From: Amoebophrya sp. A120
Lineage: Eukaryota > Protista > Dinoflagellata
Assembly: GCA_905178155.1 (NCBI GenBank)
Contig: CAJINV010000001.1
Span: 1,305,767-1,369,766, forward strand
Direction: 5' to 3'
Length of the DNA stretch: 64,000 bases
Both the position numbers and the translations under genes were made by a program. This document shows positions 21,602 through 34,000 of this stretch, piece after piece. The notes beneath the pieces are model-generated. The model did not search any database and had not been told where the DNA came from. It worked only from the letters and a program-made list of their open reading frames with translations. The stretch's first letter is position 1. Each line of letters starts with the position of its first letter.

Positions 21602-24198
21602 ATGGGGAAGAAAGGGAAGGGAAAGAAACTCTCCCCGGAGGAGAAGGCTCGGGAGGAGGCCCTCCTCGCCGAGGCTGCGGAAAAGAAGGAGCTCCAGTTG
21701 AATACGCATTGCAAAATTCTCGTTCGTAGTATAAATTGCATCACAAGTTTTTTCATCAAAAACTACAAACACGCAATTTGTCATGCTAAAGCAGGTCGAA
21801 GGTTACTTAGTTCAGTTTTGTCATGCACGCTTGCAATTAGTACGAACACGACACTTGAACTTTTGCAATGCATATTGAAGGCGAAAAGGCTCAAGGCAGA
21901 ATGCGAGGGCGAGGAGCGGCTGTACAACACGTTTTTGCAGGAGCGGGAGAAGGTCAACTACTTCTGGATTGTGGAGAAGAAAACCCTGGCCGAGAAGCAG
22001 GCCGACCTGCGAAATCAAGAGAGGCAACTGCAGGACCAGGAGGAGAGACACCAAATCGAATTGAAGATGTTCCAACAGAGACTGAAGCACTTAAGGTAGA
22101 AGTTTTACATATGTGGATGTGGTGACTTGCTGCACCTGTATTCGCTTGTTTGTTGCGCCTCTGGGGAGTTGTTGAGTTGATGACTAGGCATTGACCTTGT
22201 TGTGGATTCTCGTCATGTTGCTAATTCGTATCTTGAGAGGCAAGTCGGTGGTAACCAGAGTAATAAATTCATAATCTTCTCTATGTCTCAGGTATCACGA
22301 GCAGGATGAAGTAGTAGAGCTGAAGCAGCAGAACGAATACAAGCTCAAACTGCAGGAGGACAGGCATCGACTCGCGGAGGGGGAAGTCCGAAAAGACAAG
22401 GGAGCGGTGAAAAAGGAAGTAAGAACACAAGAAGTCCAAGTCGAAGAATACATCCGTATTGAATATTTATCGAGTTTAGCTTCAAATCAACACGTCTTGT
22501 TCTGCATGTTCACTTTTTTGCGATAAAAATGCAATCCGTATAAAACACAACAGTGGTTGTTAGTTTGATCATCCAAACCCATCCGCATCCCCTCCACACA
22601 ACGACCAGGTTCCCTGAAGTTGCAGCAAGACGCGAAGATCCAACAGCTCCGGCTCGAGTTCGACGCCAAGGCGCGGGATTTGCAGGCGCACGCCGCACAG
22701 AAGATGAAGTCCGTAAGGGACGAGATGGAAAAGCAGCGGCAGCAGGAAAAGACCGGGCTAGAGGACGCCACCAACGCGCATATCGCGAGGTGTATGGCGC
22801 AAAACGCCAAGGATTTCCACGAAATCAAACTCTACTACGGAGACATCACGTCGTCCAACTTGGAGTTGATAAAAAGGTACCAAATGTTTGTGAAAAAACA
22901 AAGAACACTAGTTTGGTATTGATTTCGGAAAAATTCGCTGCTGCGCTAGTTCGTGTGGAAGAAGGACTGGGACGGTGCTTTTATCGGAATACACACACTA
23001 AATGCACGAGGGGAGTAGATGCATGTAAAAAAGTTGATGCGCATGTTGCTGAGAAAAAAAATTCGCAGGCTAAAGGAGGAGCACGCAGAGTTGAAGAAGC
23101 GGGAGTCCTCGGATGCGAAGCAAATGTACGACTTGCAACAGAAAAACAAGCAACTGGCAGAGCCGTTGAAGAAAGCGCAGCAGGACGTGGAGAGGCTACA
23201 GGAAGAAGCGCAGTTGTATGCGCAGGACAAGAAGCGCTTGGCAAACGTGAAGGCAAAGATAAAGGATCAGGAGACGCAATTGAACACTAGGGCGTTCCAG
23301 AGCGAGGTACTTATGCTAAATTACTGTTTGCTCCTGTCATGCAAATTCATACTACTCGACGGACGGGTCGATTTCGTTTCCGTTTGCTGCTGTTACCGAT
23401 CCTGGCGCATCAAGACAGATACAGATTGTCTCCCATTAATAAATCAGGTCTTGCTGCAGCAGACGGAGCGGGTAGAAAGGGAGCGCGACGAGCTGTACCA
23501 TAAATTCAGTGACTGCATCTACAAAGTGCAACAGCGAACGGGCTTGAAAAACCTGCTACTCGAGAAAAAGCTCTCCACCCTTGGCGAGCAACTGGAGATT
23601 ACAGACGCGGAGGTACAACTGCGATCGATATTTTGCGAGAATCTGTGAGCGATCTTTCTCCTTCGTACGCATGTCATGGCTTCTTCTTTTGTTTTCTGCT
23701 CGAAATTAAGTAATACCGCAAGTGAGTCACTACATTCGAGTAAATGAATTTGATGACAGACTGTTGCAAATGCGAACCTGTTCTTCAACTTTCAGGTGTC
23801 CGAGCTTATTGCTTCCGCACAAGGCGCACCCGGGGTCGCATCCAAGATGGAGGATTTGGTCCGACATAAGAACGAACAAATCGCGTCGCTGCACACTGAG
23901 GTACTTACTACGAACCTTCCGTTGACAAGGAGCCATTCTCTTCTTGATGCAAGAGCAAGCGTAGAAAGACAAAGATTCCTTTCGTTTTCGAACCTCTCAT
24001 ACACGGACTCCGCGCGAGTAGTACTAGTTCTCTTCTTTTGTGTCTGTTCCTAATTCCGGACCTTTTATTTACCCGAAAAACCAAAACTAACAGCTTCAGC
24101 GGGTACGGGATGCGCACCACACGATGACGAACTCGTACGGGTCGAAACTTGCCGCTCACGGCGTGCCTGTAGAGGAGCTTGGCTTTGTTCCAGCATGA
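21602..24198 (+). CDS. GAS8: Dynein regulatory complex subunit 4 / growth arrest-specific 8 (trypanin-like)
   Basis: Spliced coiled-coil protein MGKKGKGKK..ERLYNTFLQEREKVNYFWIVEK..ERHQIELKMFQQRLKHLRY..FHEIKLYYGDITSSNLELIKRLKEE..VQQRTGLKNLLLEKKL..GVPVEELGFVPA*, matching GAS8/DRC4 hallmark blocks; mostly GT-AG introns. Confidence 0.92.
21703..21874. mobile_element. Introner family E-like
   Basis: TACGCATTGCAAAA...TTTTGCAATGCATA; TSD TTGAA; frame restored (LQLK|AKRL). Confidence 0.87.
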
Positions 24199-24721
24199 GA
24201 AATTGATTTAGAACTACTCGCGGCTCTTTCGCGAGAAATCAAATCGATCTCAGTCCGATTCGTTGTCCGCAAAGTAAATCTAAATTAAATCGTCCACTCT
24301 TTTATCAGCAATAAACAAGTCTCATGCAAGATAGTGACACTGGTTAATATTCTTTTATTTACACACTCACGACCAGCTGCCCTCTGTTCGTAGGAGGTCA
24401 ACAAGGTCGGAAAAGAGCAGTACTACACGATAGTACTGCTCTCAGTAATACGGAGTTTTGAATTTGGCTTGATTTCACAAGAGAAGTTTTGAAACAGAGC
24501 ATACAGGCTGGGGAAACTCATCTATCATTTGTGCTCCAAGTCGTGCTCTGTTCGTGGCTGCGAGATGAACCGAGTTAGAAGTAACTTCAACACAACTCTT
24601 GTACCGACAGAAAATGATCTGCTTAGCTCTTTTACGAAACCTCTCAGCTCTGTCGAAGCTCGGGCTTCGGAATTCTTGTAAAATGAATTTTGACAAGAAC
24701 TTCACAATCAGGACGCGGCTT

Positions 24722-25482
24722 GTGCGTGCGCAATGCCAGCGTAGACAGGTGCTCTCCTGTCTTGTGAATGCTAGCAAATGGTCGGCGAATGCCTTCCCAG
24801 CGTGTGGTGGCCTGCAATTGCAGGCGTCGAAGCAATAGGGCGGTGGCTGGCGAATGCCAGCGCTGACCCCACAGCTTGGCAGCGTCCAGCGTGCGTTGGC
24901 GTTGCAAGGGTGGCCAGCGAACGTTGTTCCTGGGACTCCTGCGGCCAGCAAAGAAGCGGCGGCGCCGCGAATGAGTGCCATGTGGAGGAGCGCCGCCCTG
25001 CACTTTTGTGCTAGGTATGCAGGACGCGTGCAGGGAAATCACGAAGAGCGCAGGCCAAGGGCTTGCGGGTGGCTCCGTGTTATGACGCGAGCGTGCCGGC
25101 CTCCCTGAGCAGCGCTTGGGATATTTGCGTGAGGTCGGCCCCCTCGTCGACGGATGTTTGTCGGCGCTTGGGAAATGTATCAACATCCGCTCCTCGCGGA
25201 CCTCACTCACACGTGCGCGCAGCGTCCGGTTCTCGCGGACCTTGCCCACACGTGCGTGCAAAGGTTTGCACGAAATCGATGACATGGGGGTAGCCTGCTG
25301 CGGCAGCTGCTTGCCCATGATCTTCCCTGCAGGGGGCCCGTGGCTGGCGCCGTCACGTCCCCATGATGTGCATACTGGCTCGAGGTGTCGCGGACACCAA
25401 CTACATAACAAAAAGGGCGGCTAGCTGTTGCTAGTGTTTCGCCCTCGCCCACCACTTTATCGAGACTCGCCGTGAAGGAAAT
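24722..25482. mobile_element. 761-bp GC-rich insertion flanked by a 43-bp exact direct repeat
   Basis: TAAAATGAATTTTGACAAGAACTTCACAATCAGGACGCGGCTT at 24679-24721 and 25483-25525. Confidence 0.75.
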
Positions 25483-25956
25483 TAAAATGAATTTTGACAA
25501 GAACTTCACAATCAGGACGCGGCTTCTGTGCAATTATCGAATGGCCTTGCCTGCAAAAAACGTATACGTTTGCAGGATGTTGAATTGGAGGGAATCGTCA
25601 TTCTTTCGCGCAGCGTCGGTAAGAACGAGTGGCTGTTGATATGTCGGTGAGAAGATTCATTTTGTCACTGTGAAGCAAGGCGAAGAACCAAGGAAATAGG
25701 TGCTATAATTTTTCGCTGCACGAGGATGGAGAGGCAGACGAGGCGAGGGTCGCACACGTCCATCGAACATCAACCTGTAGCTGAATTCAATTTTGGATTT
25801 TTATTTTATGATATCGCATCGATGACAGTGCTGGGAGCGACTTGCGCATCTGAACCTGTTGTTCCTCTCAATCAATTTAGTTAGTACACCAAAAACTACT
25901 GAAACATTCTTTGTGTCCTCCAGGAAGGACGATACGCTGGAACAAGCCCTTCCAAG

Positions 25957-28353
25957 ATGGTAAAAACAGACCCGGGGGAGATCCCCCTGAACCGGTTTTG
26001 CCCCCAGGCGGTGGGGGACCAGGCCATGTCCCAGCGGGCCAACGCACCCAAAGTCAGCCTCTCGAAATGCACACGCGAAATGCGGAAGAGTGTGTTTATT
26101 TCCAAGGAGGCAAGTAAGGGGGTTATGCCGGCCTGGACGCCCGGGGCAATATACGACGTCGCCAAGAGCACCCTGAACCTCGAGTCAGGTACTGCTTTTT
26201 ATTCTCTATCATGGGGATTTCTTCATATCTGTATCTGTTTTTCTAATTTAACAAGCTTGACCGCATGACCGGCGTAAGAAAGCAAAGCCTCTAATGCCCA
26301 CCGAGAGTGAGTTGTGACAAACACAAAACTGGTCTGCCAGGTCAGAAGTTTAACATGGGTCCGCAGAGAACGTTCGGGAAATCGATATCAAATGTAAAAA
26401 TGTCTGGGTCTGGAAGAATGCAACTTGTGATGCTGAATTTGGATTCCAAAAAAATCTGTATTGCATGAGCAGCAAAGGGAATGCAATTTTTGCTACGCGG
26501 AGAGGGCATTTGTCATGCGGAATAGGCATCGCGAAACCCTCAAAAAATCTGTGATGCTAGGGCATGCATCACAGACATCATGGCCAATGCAAAACATGCA
26601 TGACAAATCTCAGAATCTTCCAGACCCAGACATTTTTACATTTGATAATCGAAGAATAAGTACGACTGGGAGTCAAAGAAAGTGGACCATTTGTCCGGCA
26701 GGGTAAACGAAATCGCGAACTTGAACAGGTAATATAGTGATACAAGTACTTCGTTCTCGGAGAAATATAAATAACAGGAGTAAGCAGGTCAACATCTAGA
26801 AGACTGCAAAGTTGATTTAGTTGTCTTGCAGCAGAGGACTGTGCCTAGTCTACAGCATTTCCATCACATCACGGCTGATGATTTTTCCTACAGGACTCAC
26901 CTCATATATGAGACAAAAATCTTCATCCAAAACAACAAACCAGATGGAGCAAGCAGAGGGAGATATGTTTCACGCAGGAGCCGATTGGTCTCGCAAACAA
27001 CATCGAGATCTTCAAGGCGCACCCGATCGCTTTTCAGGGCCTAGATTCTCCCGGACCCGGCCCCAAGCCCGACATTAGTAAGACCAGCAAGTTTCCCAAC
27101 CCACCCAAGATGCCTATGGGGTTCTCAAACGTTACATTCTCAACTGTTACATGATTTGTCATGCAAAATGACCATGATCCGCCAGACGATCAAGCTGCTT
27201 CGCATGACAAATTCTCGGAAGGCTAAATAGCACTGTAATCCGGATCAAACCTGTAATGCAAGACGCGCAAGGTTCTCCCTCTCACCTGTGCTAGTCTTGC
27301 ATTACAAATTCATGTAACAGTTGAGAATGTAACGTTTGAGAACGCCATAATGCCGTTCGGCGTGAAAACCAACGTGGGGTCGATGTACGCCGGCGATCGG
27401 AGCATAAATCCCGACATCGGACTATTGCAATGAAAAATGCCCCCTCCCCATATCAAAACGGAAATCTGTGATGCAGATTTGTGGCCACAAATCAGCTTTG
27501 TGATGCTAGAAGGCAAAATATGCGGACTGTAGTGCTGCCTAGCGTGGGAAAGCCTTGCAGCTCCAAGATGACAGGAGGCAACTGGAAGTGGGAAACAGCA
27601 TGACAGATTGCCTGCAATTTAGGCCGCAGCTTCGTCACTTGGCCTTCTAGCAATACAAGTCGATTTGTGTACTCAAATACAGCATCACAAATTCGCGCGT
27701 CTTCCGTTTCCGATATGGGGTGGGGGCTTTTTTCAATTTGATACGGACCCAGCTCCTACCCGCCAAGGACGTCCCTCGGCAACCAAATACTCTCACAGTG
27801 CGGCAACGCCACGACAAATTTGTTTCCCAAAGCGCCGAAATTTGGCCGCGCAATAAAGAGTCAGGAGGAAGGTAGGGGAGTTATGGTTTTGAATTTTTTG
27901 CTAAAGTAGTATCAAGCGCATGTGGTCATCAAACAGGATTGAAGTGCGCTGATTGAATTTATATGTTTGTATATGATTTTTATAACTGCATCAACCAGGT
28001 CCCAACGTGCACATGAACCTATCGGCGTTTGGGCCACAAGTCCGCGGCGACAAGCGCAGCGAACAGACGGTGGGCTTCGTTTTGGGAACACGAGCACAGG
28101 CACAGCGAATGACAAGATGCATGACGGAGATGGATAGCGGTAGATTTTTTTTTTGGTGTTGATGAGTAGAAATGGTCCTTGCATGCGTCTTCACGCTTCA
28201 CGCAGCTGTTCCGCAGATGAGACTGATTTATTGATTTTGATCCGAAACGACCATGCAGCTGCTCCGCCCGGGAAGGTGCGTTTACCGCACCCAGCCTTGC
28301 CTGCGGAGCGGAAGGTCATCGCGTTTTCCGGGTCTCTCGGCGCATTTTCGTAA
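25957..28353 (+). CDS. SHIPPO-repeat-like (ODF3/STPG-type) putative axonemal protein
   Basis: Spliced frame contains TPGAIY, SPGPGP, IGPSSY and SLGNQILSQ segments resembling PGPGxY repeats; introners at 26386, 27115 and 27423 excise in frame. Some exon boundaries are tentative. Confidence 0.6.
26386..26647. mobile_element. Introner family A
   Basis: Perfect ~30-bp TIR; TSD ATCGA. Confidence 0.93.
27115..27349. mobile_element. Introner family I
   Basis: Near-perfect ~39-bp TIR TATGGGGTTCTCAAACGTTACATTCTCAACTGTTACATG; TSD ATGCC. Confidence 0.93.
27423..27743. mobile_element. Introner family D
   Basis: Family D ends; TSD CGGAC. Confidence 0.9.
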
Positions 28354-29049
28354 AGTGGCTGGCGGGGTCGTGGTTCTTGCTGCGGTGCTTTGTGCGAGCA
28401 GTGGTCGTCAGCGTGTCTACTGAGAGCGTCGATTGTCACAGAATGTCGATATCAATAGAGAAATTGATGTAGCCTGAAATAGCAATGAATGTAGTCTTAC
28501 GCAAGCCAAATGTTGAATGCGAGAAAGAAACCCTTGTTTCACCTCTTGATTATATTAAGTATAGCGCAATTTGAAATCACTTTCGATACAGTGTAGCACT
28601 GCTACCCACTGCTCTCTTAATGTAAAAAACCAAAAACGCGAATTTTCATCGGAATAGGGAAAGCCCAGAAACGGAAATTGACAGACGGATGTCGCAAGAG
28701 GTGCGTGCACCTGCAAACAGTGTCGTGAGCTTTCGAAAGATGATTTTTACGGTGGTGATTTGCACCGAAGTGAACCTGTATGATATGGAATGCGGCTGGG
28801 CTCCGTGAGATGCCACGAGCTATTTACTTACTTAGTACAAATAGGAACAGGAAGTCCTACGAAGCCGACCGGCCAGTTCCGCCGTTGTCTCTTTTTTAGC
28901 GGCTGAGTAAGTCAGTGTTCGCCTCTACTGGTTGGTCTCAGAAGACCACACGAGAGAGAGCACAAATGTAGGGAATGCAAATGGCCGAGCAATGAGGGCG
29001 CTCGCTGAGGCGCCACAAAAAGAGTCCTAATGTCTAAGTACAGCCAAGC

Positions 29050-30700
29050 GCTCACGGAGTGCCGTGGCTAACTGAATCCAAAGCCTAGCGGGCGTCAGCC
29101 TCTCCTGCTCTCTGCGGGCCCTTTTGGATCGACTGCGCCAAAAGGCTGCAGCTCGTCGGTGTTGCTCTATTGCCTGGGCCGGCGAGGGCGGTCGGCGGCG
29201 TTGCTCTATTGCCGCCCGCTTGGTGGCCGCCCGCTTGGTGGCCGCCCGCCCTCTCGGTCGGCCCGTCGCGGCCGCCGGCGAAGCGAAGAACGGCGCCGCC
29301 GCCGGCGTTTTCCGGTGGGGACCTGATGGGCGGCGGGGCGAGACCGGTGTCGCGGGGGCTCGGGCCGATGTTTGGGCGTTCGGCCCGCCGCTGCCCCTCT
29401 GCCCCTGGCGGGCCCCGTTTCTTTGTCTGCTTCTTGCCGCGGCCGGGGGGGCGGGCGCCCTCGCCCCCAACGGTCGCACGCTCGCCCGCCCATCCTTGTT
29501 GCGCCCCGGCCGGGGGGCCTGCTAGCTAGCTTGCTACGTTCGCCCGGGCCACCGCCGCTCGGTGGCCCCGGGGATCGATGGGAGCCGCCCGGGGGGCGCC
29601 CAGCGGGGTACCGGAGGCGGGGGCGTTGCTTGCAGGCCGCACGGCAAACAGCCCCGCGGGGAAACTCCGAAGCGCCGCAAGGCCGGTAGGGGGGAGGCCA
29701 ATCATGCCAAGGAAGCCTGCAGCCCCGGAGCGCAAGGTTTGCGCCGACCACATGTGCGCGCTGGCTCATTGGGAAGGGCCCGCGGCCGGGCGCCAAAAAG
29801 AAAGCTTCCCAGAGAGAACATGCGCGCCCAGATGTCCCATCCTCTGCGACTACATAGCGGGAAGGCGGGCGCGGTAGGAATAAAAGAAGCCCCCGCAGAG
29901 GTGGAGGCATGTGAAGCGCGGAAGGCAGGGCGGGCCGCGTACTTGTGGCGCGGGCCAGTGCAGTGCTTGGGCGCGTGGGGCTTCTGCCAAGTCGGCAGGC
30001 AGCGTGCGAGCTCAGGCGGGGCTTGGGCCAGCGCCGAATGTTGCCCGCCGCCACAGACAGTTTCCGGGCGGCCCGGCGCGGCGGCTGCATCATCCACATC
30101 TATGGCGAAGCCGGAACCCCCGAGCCAGCCGCTTCGGCTAGGCCATCGATCCCGCAAGAACTTTCAAAGGACGGCGAGCAGTAGCGGGCCTTTGTTTCTT
30201 TTGGGACGGACCTCGCTAGCCAGGCCGGGCGGGCCATGCACCACCCTGGGCCAGCAGTTCGGCCAGGACCTAACCGCGGGCCATCCTTGGATGGCCTGAG
30301 GTTCGCAAGCCATCCAGGTCGGGCGGGCCCCGTCGGCCCGGGTGTTTTCCGTTGTTCCGGTCTCTCTTGCGAAGGAAGGCGCCAGCGGGCGCGCTTTTTG
30401 GTGGTGCATGCCCGGCGACGCATCTCAGCGCACGGCGCGTCTCCGGCCCCAACCTGGGTGGCTGGGCGCTCGCCTTTGCAGGCGGCGGCCCCCTCTTACT
30501 CTGACCTGATTGCGCCTCCCTTGGTCGGCTTCGGCCCGCCGGGCGTCGCGCTCTCTGCCAAGTGGTAAAGCGCGCTCGCAGCACGCGCACCATGCGGGCA
30601 CTTCGTTGCCTGGCTGCGTCCCAAAATGATGGCCGTGTTCGCGGCATATTTTTATTTTCCATTGTTCGCCATCCACCGCCCCTGAGGCGAATGTTCTGCA
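29050..30700. other. Very GC-rich island, probably an inserted non-coding element; boundaries approximate
   Basis: Abrupt compositional shift, short internal repeats (GCCGCCCGCTTGGTG x2, TTGCTCTATTGCC x2) and only low-complexity overlapping ORFs; no convincing TSD or TIR found. Confidence 0.4.
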
Positions 30701-31016
30701 GACAGGCCTGGCGTAGCTAATTAGTAAGTATCGACCCTCTCAAGCGTTACGGCTTCTTTTGCGGAGTGGAGAAGACTAAAGCAACGCGTGTGTTGTCAAC
30801 CGCGATCCCACTTCTCAGAGCCACGCGTTCTTTCCCTACTTCGTCTTCGAGGACGTGAGAATAAGGGGAGAGCGATGGATTGCTTACGCCTTCCTTCCAC
30901 GGGCACAACTCAAGGATCATGCTGAAGCGCATTGCGGTGTTTATTTGCAAAAGCTGGTGTTTTATTTCAGACTGCAAAAGCCTAAGCCTTTGCCTCCCTG
31001 CACAGCAATATCAACC

Positions 31017-34000
31017 ATGACCCGTGTGACTTTCGTGGATACGGCGGAGCGCAAGGGTTCCTGCGACAGCACCGGCGCCAAGTCTGTGTGTCGGGACTCC
31101 CCTGACACAAGTCCAGCGCGAAACGCGATAAAGCCGTGGGAGCCAAAGCCCCGTCGCAGCACCACCATACAAATCACGTTCGCTCGAGAAAGGAATGCAA
31201 ATCCAAGCGTTTACGGCACCGTTCCGGACCTGCCCGCAGGAAGCACTCGGGAACGTTCCCGAGCCCTCATCGCACAAACGCGACGACGTAAGCTTTGCCT
31301 GTTTTTGAGCAAGAAGTAATATACGCCCATACAAAAAAATGCACTGGTCTGCGCAGCAGACAAAAATGAAGAATCATAGTTTAATCCACCACCCTACCAG
31401 GAGGTGTGCCGCAGGGCAACGGGCTCGCAATCGACTTGACCTCGGATGCGACGGAGATGAAGCAGCTGGCGGAAGCGATCGTGGACGACGAAAGGACGGC
31501 CCAGATGGCGGCCAGTACCGCCTACCAGGCCATGCACGCGACGCGGATGTACCACGAGCCCGAGAATCCGCAGATTGTCCGCCCGCTCCTCGGTTCTTCT
31601 TGCTACGACAGCTTGCTCTTCGACGCGGATCTACAAGACGCGTACCGCTTCGAACAGGCGCTGCGCTCGGTGGGTGCGAATGTACAGGCGAGGGATTGTG
31701 TGGGAGGTACTTTTTTTAGGCTGCTTTTCTAAGTAGTTTTGCTGATGGAGCGACAGCGACTGATAGTACTGATCCTGTTATAATGTAGAAACTGGTTCAC
31801 TAGTGTCCATTTACATTTTCATGATGTGCCGCGAAAGTAAGTAGACGCAGGAGGCGAACATGACAAACGATCAGGTCACGCTTTGATCCACCTGTTGGCC
31901 CTATGAGAGTGCACAACTCCCCTTCCCCCTCATTTGTATAGCATGAACACCAGCAATACAAACATCAGCACGGGTGGAGGCTACGCATGACAAATTTGTG
32001 AACCTAGTATAGTTCTGTTTGGGCAGCATCCGGAATTTGTCATGCAAACAGTGCTACAAGGCAGCGTCTGGATTTGAGATTTTGCATGACAAATGAGGGC
32101 GGGACGGGGGAGTTGTGCACTGTTATAGGCCCGTTATGCGGACCGACCCGGTGTTACGGACAACTGGTTCCTGGACCGGGTGAAAACTCTGCGGAAACGC
32201 TATCGTGAGGAAAAATCCCCCCTCCCCATATCGAAACGAAGTTTCTGATGCTGGATTTCCGTACACAAATCAGATTTGTCTTGCAGTAGAGGACTGCAGG
32301 CATATGTCAAGCCTCAGTCGAGAGGTTTTGACGTAGGCGCCTAGCATGACAAACGTGTATGCTCTAAGCCCAACAGCATCACAAACCGCCCGGAAAATGC
32401 GGGGCGCTCTCTGGACTTGCCTTCTTGCAAGACAGACAGGATTTGAGGTCACAAATGCGCATCACAAATTTTCAGACGGATACGTTTTCAATATGGGGAG
32501 GGGGAGTTTTTCCTTACGATAAACGCGGGAGCGACAACCGCTGCGCGGTAGACTCCTTGGGTGCAGCGCCGCTGCTCGCCGGCTTGGAAATGTATTCGCT
32601 GCTGTTCACCCGTGCTTTGCTGCGCACCGAGCTCGGCGAGACCTGGTGCCGCCAGCACTTGATCGCCTGTCCGCTGTACGCGATGAATAATGGCGAAGAA
32701 CTACAGGCTGAAAAAGGATCGGGAAATAATGACTCAGCCTCATCGGCTTTCCCTTCCTTACAGCAGCGTCGGGCCAAGATGCAGCAGCAAACGAAACTGC
32801 TGTCCGCGCTGAAGAAGAACTACCTCGCCGCAACAGAAAAATTACACCCAAGTCGAACTGCAGGGGGAGAAGTAGCACCACAGGTCGTGTCTACTGCATC
32901 TACTTCCGGTTGTTCACTAGCTGGTACCACCATTCCGGGGTTGCTCGAGATGATGCAAAGCGGTGCGGCGGCGCCGATTTTGCGCCAAGTTCCCTTCAAC
33001 AAGCACACCGGCCAGCTCTCCTGGTTTACCGCGCTTCACTCTGCCGCACTGAAGGGGAATGCAAAGGCGGTCGTTTTGTTTCATCTCCTCGGCTTCGACG
33101 TAAACTACTCGTGCAGTGCGAACCAACAGGAATTTATGCCTACGCCGAAAGGTGGTCATGGTCTTGCTGCCGCAGCGGGAGGTTTGTACAATAAGCCACT
33201 GCTGAAAGCGTCGCAGAGCGAAGATCTCGACAGCTGCCAGCAATTTTCCCCGAACGGAAGCACTACGTCCAGCAACTTTTTTGCCAGTGCCGTCCGGCGC
33301 GGCAGGTCGGCCTCGCACCAGTCGTCCGCGAGCGGGGTCAGTATGATCCACAACAAATTGATGCGCCAGCAATTGCAGCTCGGGGGCTTACCGACGTCGA
33401 AGAGGGAACAAAACATAGATGAGCAAAATGGTCCGGCAAACAACGCGAACAATAGCGGAAGACCCGGGTCTTTGGATACCACCTCCAACTCTTCTTCCGC
33501 GAGAAATAACTATCCGAACTCGTCCCGCAGCGTCTGTAGCACCGGTTTCGGCGCCGGAATTGCGCACCGCCACGAGTCGCCCCTCTGGATCGCCATTCAG
33601 TACGGTCGCACGGAAGTGGTGCGGGCGTTGTTGCAGTGCGGATGCGTGCCGAAGGAAAATTCAAAAGGTATCTATAGGAAGATGCATTGAGCAGTAGAAA
33701 ATTTTTCTCTGTTGCTACTTGCAGTGAGTCATAAGTTGCTCGCGTATGAGTCAGTATGTGACTTCTCGTATGTTCACCATTATCATCATCGAGTGTGATG
33801 ACTACGATCGATGACAGGCGAGAGCCCCCTGCGCGTTGCCGAGCACCTCGGGTTTTCGGAGATCGCGACGTTGCTGCAGGACTACTACAATTGCCCGGGC
33901 GAACTGTACCACGAGACGTACTGTTTACCGACCGCTTCGACGGATGTTTGGCGGCACGCGCTGGACATCAGCTTTGACGCGGTGGACGCGCTGGCCGAGT

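Noticed and set aside
29027-30676. Overlapping 75-297 aa ORFs in the GC-rich island
   Set aside because: Present in most frames on both strands because stops are rare; low-complexity Arg/Pro/Ala/Gly content.
29004-30689. CTGAGGCG as an 8-bp TSD of the GC-rich island
   Set aside because: Short, with no supporting terminal repeats; the chance expectation is high.
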